Assembly (NCBI GenBank): GCA_965203515.1
Contig: OZ241907.1
Coordinates: 1,632,001 to 1,696,000 of the forward strand
DNA length: 64,000 bases
Direction of reading: 5' to 3'
Origin: Spirochaetia bacterium
GTDB taxonomy: Bacteria > Spirochaetota > Spirochaetia > SZUA-6 > Bin103
The number at the start of each line of letters is the position of its first letter. Position 1 is the first letter of the stretch. Of this stretch, positions 1 to 9,388 are shown in pieces. Under the pieces are notes generated by a model that was not told the origin of the DNA, made no database searches, and was given only the letters and a program-made list of their open reading frames with translations. The position numbers and the translations under genes were made by a program.

Positions 1-206
1 ACTCGAAGACGACCACGCTGCCGATCGCGCGGGAGATCGCCGGCGTCTACGTCGCCAGTCCGGTCAAGGCGCCGTGGTACATCGACCTGCTCAACCTGAA
101 CCTGAACAACCACGATCTCGACGAGGCGCGCAAGCGCATCCGGCGCTACGTCGAGGAGTTCTCGCGCGACGGCACCCGTATCACCGAGAACCTCGACTTC
201 TCCTGA
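1..206 (+). CDS. 3' end of a hypothetical protein (partial, runs off window start)
   Basis: Open frame from nt 3 (SKTTTLPIAREIAG...ITENLDFS) with strong GC3 bias, ending in TGA at 204-206. Confidence 0.7.
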   Translation, partial: SKTTTLPIAREIAGVYVASPVKAPWYIDLLNLNLNNHDLDEARKRIRRYVEEFSRDGTRITENLDFS

Positions 207-265
207 TCGGTCGCGGTCATGGGGCCGCGTGAAGCGCTGCGGACGCGCAGCCGGTATTAGTGTAG

Positions 266-1012
266 ATGGAACGTCACGATGACTTCGACGGCGTCACCGG
301 CGCCGCCGGCCCGACCCTCACGATACGCGACCTGCCGGTGCAGGAACGGCCGCGGGAGCGGCTGCGTCTGGCCGGCGCCGGTCAGCTCTCCAACCCCGAG
401 CTGCTCGCCATCCTGCTGCGCACCGGCGTCACGGGACAGAACGTCATGCAGCTCTCCGCGCGCATGCTTTCCGAATTCGACGGTCTGGCCGGCCTTGCCC
501 GAGCGTCGTTCGCGGAGCTCTGCAGGCTGGACGGGGTGAGCCAGGCGAAGGCGTGCCAGGTGCTGGCGGCGCTGGAGATGGGCCGGCGCGCGGCCGGCCC
601 CACGACCGCCGACCGGCCGGCGATCAGGGAGCCGGATGACGTCTATCATCTGCTCCGGCCGCAGATGGCGCATCTGGAACAGGAGCAGCTCCGCATCCTG
701 CTGCTGAACACGAAGCATGAAGTGCTGCTCGTTCGCGAGCTCTACCGGGGGACGGTGTGCGCGGCGTCCGTCCGCGTCGCGGAGGTGCTGCGGCCCGCCA
801 TCAGGGAGAACAGCCCCAACTTCATCATGGTCCACAATCATCCGTCCGGCGACCCTACCCCCAGCCCGGAAGACATCTCCGTCACCCGCCGCATCCGCAA
901 GAGCGCGGAGCTGCTCGATATCGAGCTCCTGGACCACGTCGTGATCGGTACGCGCGGCTTCGTCAGCATGAAGCAGCGCGGGATGGGCTTCGACGGCGCC
1001 GGCACCTTGTGA
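266..1012 (+). CDS. radC: RadC family JAB/MPN-domain protein
   Basis: ERPRERL, ELLAILLRTG, HNHPSGDPTPSPED and LLDHVVIG motifs. Confidence 0.95.
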   Translation: MERHDDFDGVTGAAGPTLTIRDLPVQERPRERLRLAGAGQLSNPELLAILLRTGVTGQNVMQLSARMLSEFDGLAGLARASFAELCRLDGVSQAKACQVLAALEMGRRAAGPTTADRPAIREPDDVYHLLRPQMAHLEQEQLRILLLNTKHEVLLVRELYRGTVCAASVRVAEVLRPAIRENSPNFIMVHNHPSGDPTPSPEDISVTRRIRKSAELLDIELLDHVVIGTRGFVSMKQRGMGFDGAGTL

Positions 1013-1524
1013 CGCCGCTGCTGCGGGGGCTGGTGCCGATCCTGCCCGGCGGCCCGCTGCTCGCTCTGGTGCTCGGTTCCTTTCCGAGCGCCGCCTCCCT
1101 GGCGTCAGGGCAGTACTACGCGCACCCGCAGAACCGGTTCTGGCGGGTGCTGGCGCACTGCGGCGTGGTCGACGACCCGGATGCCCCGTACGCGAAGCGG
1201 GTCGCCGCGGTGCGTTGCGGCGGCCTGGCGATCTGGGACCTGTACGCGCGCGTGCGGCGGCAGGGCTCCGGCGACGACCGCATCCGGGATGCGGAGCCCA
1301 ACGCGCTGGGACCGCTGCTGGCCGGGCGGGGTCCGTTCCCGATCCTGCTCAACGGCCGCCGCTCGCGGGAATGGCGGCGGCACTTCGGCGCTCTGCATGC
1401 CGAAGTGACCGAGCTGCCGTCGACCAGCCCCCGGCCGCTCCACTGGAACACGCCGGCATCGCGTCGGGCGGCCCTTGGCGAATGGTGCGCCGCGCTTCGA
1501 TCGGCCGGGATCCCGAGCCGTTAG
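1009..1524 (+). CDS. DNA-deoxyinosine glycosylase / UDG family 6
   Basis: LGSFPSAASL...QYYAHPQNRFW, LAIWD and LPSTSP motifs; GTG start overlaps the radC stop (GTGA). Confidence 0.88.
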   Translation: MTPLLRGLVPILPGGPLLALVLGSFPSAASLASGQYYAHPQNRFWRVLAHCGVVDDPDAPYAKRVAAVRCGGLAIWDLYARVRRQGSGDDRIRDAEPNALGPLLAGRGPFPILLNGRRSREWRRHFGALHAEVTELPSTSPRPLHWNTPASRRAALGEWCAALRSAGIPSR

Positions 1525-1548
1525 CCCGACCGATCTCCGGGCGTGTCG

Positions 1549-1830
1549 TCAGGTTCCGTCTCCCTCTGCCGCCGCCTCGCCGTTGGGTTGGCTCTTGATC
1601 TGCCGGTACTCCTGCTCGCCGATCCCGATCGCCCGCTCGATCACCGACCAGTCGACGCCAGTCCGCAGGAGACCGTCGATCGTCTCCAACCGCCCCTCGC
1701 GCTGACCTTCCAGCCGGCCTTCGCTCCGGCCCTCGCGGTGCCGCTGTTCGGCAATTGCGCGCATCTCGTTACGCATCTGGTCGCGCATCTGGTCGCGCCC
1801 TTCCTGGCGCAGCCGCTCGCCGCTCGTCAT
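1549..1830 (-). CDS. Stand-alone C-terminal domain of an Rpn/YhgA-family protein (RpnS-like, 93 aa)
   Basis: MTSGERLRQEG...EGRSEGRLEGQREG...LLRTGVDWSVIERAIG pattern; strong RBS AGGAGGGGAG before ATG at 1830; ~30 codons of Rpn-like helix upstream; no nuclease domain. Confidence 0.7.
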   Translation of the reverse strand: MTSGERLRQEGRDQMRDQMRNEMRAIAEQRHREGRSEGRLEGQREGRLETIDGLLRTGVDWSVIERAIGIGEQEYRQIKSQPNGEAAAEGDGT

Positions 1831-1967
1831 CAACTCCCCTCCTGCCGCCGTGCGGCTCAGTAGCTCGCCCATCTCCTCGGGCGTGTCATCAGGTCCCGTC
1901 TCCAGGATATACCGCACGAACCGCGGTGACGATGTGCGCCTCGACGACGTGGCCGCGTCGCGGCCCG

Positions 1968-2405
1968 TCACGCGGAGCCGCCGGCCGCCGGGAGCTTTCC
2001 CGCTCGCTCCAGCAGCTCGCTCAGCACGTCCAGATCGACGTCGGCGAGCTTGCGAAAGCTGATGCTGCTCTTGCCGACCTTGGCCTTGCCCAGCCGGCCG
2101 GCGTACGCCTCCGCTAGGTAGCGCCGGCCGTCGGCCGCGTTGACGTAGACGCTGTAGTAGTTCTTCTGGCGCGCCAGGCCGACCAGGAACCAGCGCACTT
2201 CCTGCTTGTCGGAGCGCACGTACGACAGGTCGCCGTAGCCGATGATCCGCTGCTCGCTGCCGCCCCAGAAGACGCCCTCCCACAGAGAGCGAGCATGCCC
2301 CGGCAGCGCCGCCGTGATCCGTTCGTCGAGCGCCGCCATGTCGGCGCCCACCGCCGCCGGCAGCGAAGCGATGTACCGGTCCGGCGACGTCGATGTCCGT
2401 TCCAT
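1968..2405 (-). CDS. DUF1801 domain protein
   Basis: IIGYG, WFLVGLARQKNYYSVY and GKSSISF motifs. Confidence 0.8.
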   Translation of the reverse strand: MERTSTSPDRYIASLPAAVGADMAALDERITAALPGHARSLWEGVFWGGSEQRIIGYGDLSYVRSDKQEVRWFLVGLARQKNYYSVYVNAADGRRYLAEAYAGRLGKAKVGKSSISFRKLADVDLDVLSELLERAGKLPAAGGSA

Positions 2406-2482
2406 GGCGTCCAGTCTACCCCGCCGCCGGCGCCCGCACCGGGGCGGTTCCGTCACCTGCCGTTTTCGGGCACGGTATCCCG

Positions 2483-3382
2483 ATGAGCGAAGACAGACTG
2501 CGCATCGCCCCGCGGGGGTTCACCGACGGCCAGTGGCGGGAGTTCCGGGAGCGGGGCCTGATCAGGATCGAGAACGCGCTGTCCCCGGAGGAGATCGACC
2601 AGTACCTGGCGGCCGTCGATCGGGTGGCGGCGGCGGAACCGAGCTACCGGCCGGGGCGATCGCTGCGGCTCGACAACGCGGTCGAGCTCGACCCCGCGAT
2701 CGCCGGGCTGATCGACCACGACCGGCACGTCGGGTACGTGTACGACGTCTTCGGCGAGATGCTGAAGCTGCTCCGCAGCGACGTGCGCATCCGCGCGCGC
2801 GGCACCGATCGCAATGCCTGGCACCCGGACAGCCCGCGCGCGCTCCCCTATCAGGTCTTCTCGCCCGAGCTGCCGTTGCGCATGAGCGTCGGCTATTGGC
2901 TCACCGACCTGCCCGCTCCGCGCATGGGCAACTTCGTGTACGTGCCGGGCAGCCACCGCTGGCAGCGCCTGGAGCAGTACCACACCCACGACAGCGCGCC
3001 GGGCGAGGAGATCCTGTGCGTCAAGGCCGGCACGCTGACCGTCTACGACGGCAACCTGTGGCATCGGGTCGAGCCGAACGAGACCGACGTGGAGCGCAAG
3101 AACTTCTTCCTTTCGTATTGCCCGAGCTGGGTGACCGCCGGCGATCACTACTTCTCCGACGACGACTGGCTGGCTACGCTCGACCGCGAGCAGCGCATCA
3201 TCATGCGCAGCTATCGCCACCCGCACGGCCTGACCAACCCGGACGCGACCGATTTTCCGCTGTTCCTGGACCGCGAAAGCGGCGCCGACAGCGATCCCGA
3301 CGCGCAACCGCACGTGCCGCTCCGCATCCGCAAGCGGACCACCGCGGCCGAGAAGCGGCTCGCCGCCGCCGGCCGCGCCTGA
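2483..3382 (+). CDS. Phytanoyl-CoA dioxygenase (PhyH) family
   Basis: WHPD...WLTD...VPGSH...LWHR Fe/2OG motifs. Confidence 0.88.
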   Translation: MSEDRLRIAPRGFTDGQWREFRERGLIRIENALSPEEIDQYLAAVDRVAAAEPSYRPGRSLRLDNAVELDPAIAGLIDHDRHVGYVYDVFGEMLKLLRSDVRIRARGTDRNAWHPDSPRALPYQVFSPELPLRMSVGYWLTDLPAPRMGNFVYVPGSHRWQRLEQYHTHDSAPGEEILCVKAGTLTVYDGNLWHRVEPNETDVERKNFFLSYCPSWVTAGDHYFSDDDWLATLDREQRIIMRSYRHPHGLTNPDATDFPLFLDRESGADSDPDAQPHVPLRIRKRTTAAEKRLAAAGRA

Positions 3383-3401
3383 CCGCCGGCGCGCAGGGCG
3401 T

Positions 3402-4124
3402 TCAGTCGGTTGCCGGCAGCAGGGTGCGGACGCCGTTGCGGTAGACGACCCGCTGCTTGCCGCCGGGGACCGGCAGGGCGCGCAACGCCAGCTCGCCAAA
3501 GGTGACCAGCGGCTCGGATGCGAGCAGGAGCTCGTCGAGGGACTCCGCCGGCGTGCGGCCGGTGGTGTCGAGGTCGACGACCCGGCCCACCTTGCGGAAC
3601 AGGGAGTGCTCCACTTCCTCGGCGAAGCGCTCCTTGACGCGGCCGATGTCGGCCTCGCGGATCACCTGGTGCTCGTGCGGGGCGGCGCGCATGCGCCGGC
3701 GGATCTCGCCGTCGTCGGCGGTGAGGTGGAACAGCACCACGTCCGGCAGGCGGCGCTCGAAGATCTGCGCCTCGTAGACCCGCTGCTTGACGTGCCGGTA
3801 GCGGCGGTAGTACGGGCTGTCGGGGTCTGCGCCGTAGATGTCGCAATAGACCGCCTCTTCGATGAACCAACCGCCGAACAGCGGGTTCTGGATGAACTCG
3901 ATCAACTCGACGTGGAACTGGATCTGCATGCGCTGATAGCGCTCCTTCATGTCGTCGGGAGCGTCGAGCAGCAGCTTCCGCGACTCCTCGCCGAGCGTGC
4001 GGTCGGGCAGGCTGAAGTGATCGTCATAGTGCGCGGGCAGGCCGCGCGCCTCGTAATAGCTGCCGAGCAGATCGATCAGGGTCGTCTTGCCGGCGTACTC
4101 GATGCCGGTGAAGATGGCGCGCAT
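3402..4124 (-). CDS. P-loop NMP/thymidylate-kinase-like protein
   Basis: N-terminal FTGIEYAGKTT Walker A, LPDVVLFHL, C-terminal LDTTGRT. Confidence 0.65.
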   Translation of the reverse strand: MRAIFTGIEYAGKTTLIDLLGSYYEARGLPAHYDDHFSLPDRTLGEESRKLLLDAPDDMKERYQRMQIQFHVELIEFIQNPLFGGWFIEEAVYCDIYGADPDSPYYRRYRHVKQRVYEAQIFERRLPDVVLFHLTADDGEIRRRMRAAPHEHQVIREADIGRVKERFAEEVEHSLFRKVGRVVDLDTTGRTPAESLDELLLASEPLVTFGELALRALPVPGGKQRVVYRNGVRTLLPATD

Positions 4125-4166
4125 ATCAGGTCCTCCTGCGAACTCGATCGTCCGTGTCGTCCGACG

Positions 4167-4556
4167 CTACCGGGCACGCGACGGCTCGGAGTAGAGGACG
4201 AGGCCGGTGCGCAGCGCCGTGACGGCCACGGGGATGCTTTCCGAGCGAATCTCCGGTTCGGTATAGACGAACAGGTCGACGCCGACGCCGATCTCGCCGA
4301 AATAGCCATGAAACGCGGGCGCGCGATCGATGATGCGCTCCGTGGAATCGCGGACCACGATCAGGACGTCGGCGTCACTCGACGGGACGGCTCGATCGGC
4401 GGCCACGGAGCCGAACAGGACGACCTGCGTTACCTTCTCATGCTCCGTCCCCAGCTTCTGCGCCGCTGCCGCCAGCCGGCGCTTGAGCAGGTCCCGGTCG
4501 AGCCAGAATACCGTGACAGAACCGAACGATCTTCTGCGCATGACAGATGGCGCCAT
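4167..4556 (-). CDS. Minimal nucleotidyltransferase (MNT), partner of HEPN
   Basis: VVLFGSVA...SDADVLIVV and VDLFVYT motifs; start may instead be at 4541. Confidence 0.85.
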   Translation of the reverse strand: MAPSVMRRRSFGSVTVFWLDRDLLKRRLAAAAQKLGTEHEKVTQVVLFGSVAADRAVPSSDADVLIVVRDSTERIIDRAPAFHGYFGEIGVGVDLFVYTEPEIRSESIPVAVTALRTGLVLYSEPSRAR

Positions 4557-4887
4557 CAGCGTCCTCTTTCGCAAAGTAGTCGGCCGGGCTGCCCGACGCC
4601 CAGCCGTTCGGATACCGCGCCGGAATGTAGTAGCGGTCGAGCTCGACGGCCGATCGATGCAGATCGCCGGGAACCTCGACCCGTTCCTGCAGGGCGCTGA
4701 GCAGATCGACGATCGAGTGACCCCAGGCATCGCCGCCGAGTTTCCCGAAGGCCGCTTTCACCGCCTTCTCGCTCGACTGTTGCGAGATGAAGCACGCCCA
4801 CTCATGGAACCCGGCGTCACGCTGAGCTCGCGCGCTGTCGAGATCGCGGCGCGCCTGGTTGAACCAGTCCGCGCTCCGGTCAGCCAT
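4438..4887 (-). CDS. HEPN domain protein
   Basis: WFNQARRDL...ACFISQQSSEKAVKA...GHS...YIPARYP. Confidence 0.9.
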   Translation of the reverse strand: MADRSADWFNQARRDLDSARAQRDAGFHEWACFISQQSSEKAVKAAFGKLGGDAWGHSIVDLLSALQERVEVPGDLHRSAVELDRYYIPARYPNGWASGSPADYFAKEDADGAICHAQKIVRFCHGILARPGPAQAPAGGSGAEAGDGA

Positions 4888-4898
4888 GGCTCAGCACG

Positions 4899-5864
4899 CT
4901 ACAGCCAGCGCCGGAACCATTCCACGGCCCACTCGAAGTACTGCATGGCGAACACGTGGTGGCCGGGCGGCCGGTGGACCAGGAACCGCTCCGGCACGCC
5001 GGCCCGGGCGTACGCCCGGCTCACGTAATCGACGAACACGTCGACCCCGTCGCCGGGCATGTCCTCGTCGGCCAGCGGCGCGACCATCATGAACGGCCGC
5101 GGGGCGATCGTCGCCGCGATCAGCTGCGGGTGGTCGAAGTAGCGCAACATGTGCGGCACGAAGGCGAACGAGGAGTGACGCCACACCAGACCGTGGTCGA
5201 TGTTGGCGCGCATCGTTCCCAGGCCGCCGGCGATCGGCGCGGCCGTCTTCACCCACCGGGCGGCCGCCATGCCCAGCCACGACGTCCAGCCGCCCAGCGA
5301 CATGCCGGTCAACCCGATGCGGTACGGATCGACGCCGTCCAGAGCGCCGAGCACCCACGCGGCGCGCACCGCCTCGTCGGCGACCACCGCCAGCTGCGAC
5401 CGCCCGAACGGCAGCAGCAGCTTCTGTTCCTCCTCCCACGCTTCCTGGGTCCCGCGCCGCGCCGAAGCCCCCTTGGGCGTGAAGGTGAGCACCGCGAACC
5501 CGCGCCGCGCCATCTCCCGCCCCCACCCATACAGCGGCCCGTGGTGCGGGGCCTTGCGGTGGTACAGCGGATGCGCCACGTCCTCGGCCGTGCTGGAGGT
5601 GCCGTTCGTGCAGACGACCCCGGGCAGCGTCCCGGCCGGCTCGGCCGGCAGGATGGCGATGGCGTGAATCGATTCGCCCATGCAGTTGCGGTAGCGCAGC
5701 CGGGTCAGCGCCAGACCGTCCTCCACCACGGTGCCGGCGGCGGCGAAGTCTACCCGGTCCGGGATCGCGTCCAGGCCGATCAGCTCGCGGAACTTGGCCG
5801 GCACCGCCGCCAACGGCAGCGGACACGGAAACGCCGGCTCGATCCCGGCCATGCGCGACGCCAT
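4899..5864 (-). CDS. Alpha/beta hydrolase (dienelactone hydrolase-like)
   Basis: RIGLTGMSLGG nucleophile elbow, IAPRP, DEDMP, C-terminal GHH. Confidence 0.85.
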   Translation of the reverse strand: MASRMAGIEPAFPCPLPLAAVPAKFRELIGLDAIPDRVDFAAAGTVVEDGLALTRLRYRNCMGESIHAIAILPAEPAGTLPGVVCTNGTSSTAEDVAHPLYHRKAPHHGPLYGWGREMARRGFAVLTFTPKGASARRGTQEAWEEEQKLLLPFGRSQLAVVADEAVRAAWVLGALDGVDPYRIGLTGMSLGGWTSWLGMAAARWVKTAAPIAGGLGTMRANIDHGLVWRHSSFAFVPHMLRYFDHPQLIAATIAPRPFMMVAPLADEDMPGDGVDVFVDYVSRAYARAGVPERFLVHRPPGHHVFAMQYFEWAVEWFRRWL

Positions 5865-5969
5865 CCCCCGCAGTATACCCGCACGACGCCGCGGATCACG
5901 GCGGCGCAGGGAGCAGGTCGGCCGGCTCGCACGCTCAAGTCGCTGCCGAAGTCTGCCGTATACGGAGAT

Positions 5970-6155
5970 ATGCAGATGAGCGCTCGCCGAGAGGATGCGA
6001 CGGCGCGGTGGCGGAAACGCGTAGCGGCCATCGTGACGGCGTTCGTGGTGGCACTGGCCCTGGCGCTTGGCGCCATGTCCTTGCAATCCGGTGAACCGAT
6101 CACCGGGGGCGCGGCGGGGACCGTGACCACGACGGACCGGCCGGCCGGCGGCTGA
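5970..6155 (+). CDS. Small membrane/secreted hypothetical protein (61 aa)
   Basis: GGAG RBS; basic stretch then hydrophobic helix (RWRKRVAAIVTAFVVALALALGAM). Confidence 0.45.
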   Translation: MQMSARREDATARWRKRVAAIVTAFVVALALALGAMSLQSGEPITGGAAGTVTTTDRPAGG

Positions 6156-6229
6156 CGCGCGCGCAGACCGCTCCGTAGCCCACCGCGCGTGCTGCGCCGC
6201 GCGCCGCGATGTGGCACGCTTGCGCGTCG

Positions 6230-7150
6230 ATGGACCGCGCAGCGCTGCCGGCACGCTTGGCCGGCCCGATCGCCTACCCGCCCACCCCGTTCACTGACGA
6301 CCGTCCCGGCGCGCCGGTCGACCTCGACAGCTTCCGCCGCCTGATACGCCGCCTGCTACAGCACGGCGTGCCGGCCATCACCCCGTGCGGCGGGACCGGC
6401 GAGTGCTTCTCGCTGTCGATGGACGAGTGGCGCGCCGTGACCGAGGCGGCCGTGCAGGAGGCGGACGGCCGCGCCCTGGTGCTGGCCTCCGTGAGCGGGT
6501 CGATCGGCCGCGCGACCGCCCAGGCGCGCGCCGCGCAGCGGCTCGGCTGCCCGGCGGCGCAGATCACCATGGTCGACCCGATGTTCGGCATGACCGACGC
6601 CGGCGCCGAGCGCTACAGCCGCGCGGTCGCCGAGTCGGCCGACATCGGCTTCATGCTGTACCGGACGCAGGCCGCGCCCCTGAGCGTGCAGGCCGCCTGC
6701 CGGCTGGCCGAGACCGGCAACGTCTTCGCCGTGAAAGAGGAATCGGGCGACCTGCAGTGGTTCCGCGCGTTCATGGCCGCGCAGCGCAGGGCGTCCCCGG
6801 ACCGCCGCATGGTGGGCGTCTGCGGCGGCGAGGGGCTGTTCCCGTACTACGCGATGGAGGGGGCGGCCGCCTTCTCGACCGGGGCCGTCAACCTGGCGCC
6901 GGCGCTGTCGATGGAGCTGTGGCAGGCGGCCGGCGCCGGCGACCGCGACCGCAGCGGCGCGATCCGGGAGCAGCTCGCGCCGCTCGCCGCGCTGCGCGCC
7001 AAGCCGGGGCGGTCGATCCCGGCGATCAAGGAGGGGCTGCGCCTGCTCGGCGTCTTCTCGTCCGGCGCGTGCCGCCCGCCGCTGGCCGAGCTGTCCGGCG
7101 AGGAGCGCGCGCAGGTGGAAGCGATGCTCGGCGCGTGGAAGGTACGGTGA
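6230..7150 (+). CDS. Dihydrodipicolinate synthase (DapA/KDG dehydratase) family
   Basis: PTPF, GGTGECFSL and AVKEE motifs. Confidence 0.88.
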   Translation: MDRAALPARLAGPIAYPPTPFTDDRPGAPVDLDSFRRLIRRLLQHGVPAITPCGGTGECFSLSMDEWRAVTEAAVQEADGRALVLASVSGSIGRATAQARAAQRLGCPAAQITMVDPMFGMTDAGAERYSRAVAESADIGFMLYRTQAAPLSVQAACRLAETGNVFAVKEESGDLQWFRAFMAAQRRASPDRRMVGVCGGEGLFPYYAMEGAAAFSTGAVNLAPALSMELWQAAGAGDRDRSGAIREQLAPLAALRAKPGRSIPAIKEGLRLLGVFSSGACRPPLAELSGEERAQVEAMLGAWKVR

Positions 7151-7166
7151 CCGGCCGCGCCGCCTG

Positions 7167-8183
7167 ATGGCATCCCCGCATCGCCGCTTCGCGACCGCGA
7201 TCGCGCTCCTGTTGGCGGTCACCCTCGCCGGCACGCTCGGCTTCGCCCTGATCGAGGGGTGGCCGCTCAACGACAGCCTGTTCATGGCGGTGATCACCAT
7301 CTCCACGGTCGGCTACGGCGAGGTGCGGGAGCTCTCCCCGGGCGGGCGGTTGTTCACCGCCGGCTTGATCGTGGTCGCCATCATGGTGATCTGGTACTCG
7401 GCCACGTCGCTGGTCGCCTATCTGTTCGAAGGAGCTTTTCTGCCGGTATGGAGGAGGAGACGCATGGAACGAACGATCGGCCGGCTCACCGGGCACTACA
7501 TCGTGTGCGGCGCCGGCAAGTTCGGGCGCGAGGTCGCCGCCGAGCTCACCGGAGAGCACGTGCCGTTCGTGATGATCGACAAGGACCCCGAGGGTTGCGA
7601 CTGCGCGGGCGACGAATCGCTGCTGTTCGTGCCGGGCAACGCCGAGGAGGATGAGACGTTGCTGGCCGCAGGCGTGCAGCGCGCCACCGGGCTGGTCTCC
7701 GTGCTGCCCAGCGACGACGCCAACGTGTTCGTGGTGCTGTCCGCCCGGCAGCTCAATCCCGACATGAAGATCGTCACGCAGGCGACCGAGCAGCAGACCG
7801 TCCGCAAGCTTCAGAAAGTCGGCGCCGACAGCGTGGTGTCCCCGTACCGCAGCACCGGCAACCGCCTGGTCGCATCCCTGCTGCGCCCGTCGCTGACCCG
7901 GTTCCTGGACGAGATGATGGATCGGGACGACCCCGCCCTGCAGATCGACGAGGTGACCGTACCCGCCCACTCGCCGCTGGCCGGCGCCCGGCTGCCCGAC
8001 GCGCAGGCGGGCGACCGCACCGGCGCCGTCGTGGTCGCCATCACCGGCCCGGACGGCATCCGGCTCGACGCGGACGGCACCAACGCGATCGCCGGCATCA
8101 CGGTGCGTCCGGGCGACGCGCTGGTGGCGGTCGGCACCGCCGCGCAGCTCACCCGGCTGCGCGCGTCGGTTACCGGAGGCTGA
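7167..8183 (+). CDS. Potassium channel with TrkA-N/TrkA-C (RCK) domains
   Basis: TISTVGYG selectivity filter; GAGKFG Rossmann motif. Confidence 0.93.
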   Translation: MASPHRRFATAIALLLAVTLAGTLGFALIEGWPLNDSLFMAVITISTVGYGEVRELSPGGRLFTAGLIVVAIMVIWYSATSLVAYLFEGAFLPVWRRRRMERTIGRLTGHYIVCGAGKFGREVAAELTGEHVPFVMIDKDPEGCDCAGDESLLFVPGNAEEDETLLAAGVQRATGLVSVLPSDDANVFVVLSARQLNPDMKIVTQATEQQTVRKLQKVGADSVVSPYRSTGNRLVASLLRPSLTRFLDEMMDRDDPALQIDEVTVPAHSPLAGARLPDAQAGDRTGAVVVAITGPDGIRLDADGTNAIAGITVRPGDALVAVGTAAQLTRLRASVTGG

Positions 8184-8210
8184 CCGGCGGCCGGCGGCCG
8201 GCCGGAGCGC

Positions 8211-8244
8211 TCAGTCCAGACCGAGCATCAGTCCAGACCGAGCA
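8211..8244. repeat. 17-bp perfect tandem duplication (TCAGTCCAGACCGAGCA x2) of the amidohydrolase stop region
   Basis: Read directly: 8211-8227 = 8228-8244. Confidence 0.85.
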
Positions 8245-9388
8245 GCTCGCGCGCGTTGCCGCCGAACACCGCCTCGCGCAGCTCCTTGGGGAACTGTCCG
8301 GCCGTGGGCGTCGGCTCGTCCCAGTCCCAGTGCGGGAAGTCGCTCGCGTAGACCAGCACCTCCCCGGCGTGCATCCACCGCAGGAACGCCGCGGCGTTCT
8401 GCTTGCCGGCCGGCAGTTGCAGCGGCTGGGTGCCGACGCGGATATGCTCGCGGAAGTACTCGCTGGGCAGACGCTTCACCCACGGGGTGTACTCGCGCAC
8501 CGCCTTCCAGTCGGCGTCGAAGTGCCACAGCAGCCCGGGGATCCACCACGTATCGACCTCCACGAACAGCCATCGCAGGGCGGGATAGCGCTCGAACACC
8601 CCTTCGCAGATCAGGCTGGCCGAGTGCGCCTGCGCGATCTGCGGCCGCGCCATGCGCATCTCCAGGTAATAGGAGGGGAACCCCGCCGCGGTCGGCGCGT
8701 TGGTCGGCCCCTGCCCCTCGCCCCCGAAGTGGGTCACGATCGGCAGCCCCTGATCGGCGGCGGCAGCGTGGATGCGGTCGTAGAACCGGTTGCCGAACGG
8801 CGAACGCGCGCCGGCCGGCATCATCACCGCGGCCGCCGCCGGGTGCGGTCCGATCCGCTCGATCTCCGCCGCCGCCTCCTCCGGGGCGTGCACCGGTACG
8901 GCGATCGTCATGAGCAGCCGCGGGTCCTTGGCGACCCAGTGCTCCAGGGTGTAGTCGTTGAACGCTCGGCACAGCGCCGCGGCGTAGTCGAGGTCGGGCA
9001 GCCCCGCCGCCGAGTAGACGGACGAGCCGGTCAGCAGCGCGGCGTCGAACCCATATGGATCGAGGTGGTGCTCGACCGTGAACTCCGCCAGATCCGTATC
9101 GGGCTCGATCGGATGGTCGACCCGATAGGCAAGGCCGCCGCCGCTGTTGCGCACGTTCGTGTACGGATACTTGGGCAGCATCGGCCCGAAGTCCCTGATG
9201 CTCTCTACGTAGCGCCGCGGCAGATAGGGAAAGATGTCCTCGACCTGCCGCCACTGGTGGTGGCAGTCGCAGTCGACCAGGTACGGGGCGACCTTGCGCT
9301 TGCGCGCCGGTTCGGCCGACGACGCCGGCTCGACCGACGGCACAGGTTCGGCCGCCGGCGCGGCGGCAACGGTCGCGCTCGGTGTCAT
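8228..9388 (-). CDS. Amidohydrolase_2-fold protein (possible dinuclear oxygenase)
   Basis: DCDCHH, AFNDY, GVFERYPALR and YASDFPHWD motifs. Confidence 0.88.
   Translation of the reverse strand: MTPSATVAAAPAAEPVPSVEPASSAEPARKRKVAPYLVDCDCHHQWRQVEDIFPYLPRRYVESIRDFGPMLPKYPYTNVRNSGGGLAYRVDHPIEPDTDLAEFTVEHHLDPYGFDAALLTGSSVYSAAGLPDLDYAAALCRAFNDYTLEHWVAKDPRLLMTIAVPVHAPEEAAAEIERIGPHPAAAAVMMPAGARSPFGNRFYDRIHAAAADQGLPIVTHFGGEGQGPTNAPTAAGFPSYYLEMRMARPQIAQAHSASLICEGVFERYPALRWLFVEVDTWWIPGLLWHFDADWKAVREYTPWVKRLPSEYFREHIRVGTQPLQLPAGKQNAAAFLRWMHAGEVLVYASDFPHWDWDEPTPTAGQFPKELREAVFGGNARELLGLD

Noticed and set aside
266..1012. radC as a marker of a mobile element
   Set aside because: Full-length chromosomal-type RadC with N-terminal HhH region and no adjacent mobility genes
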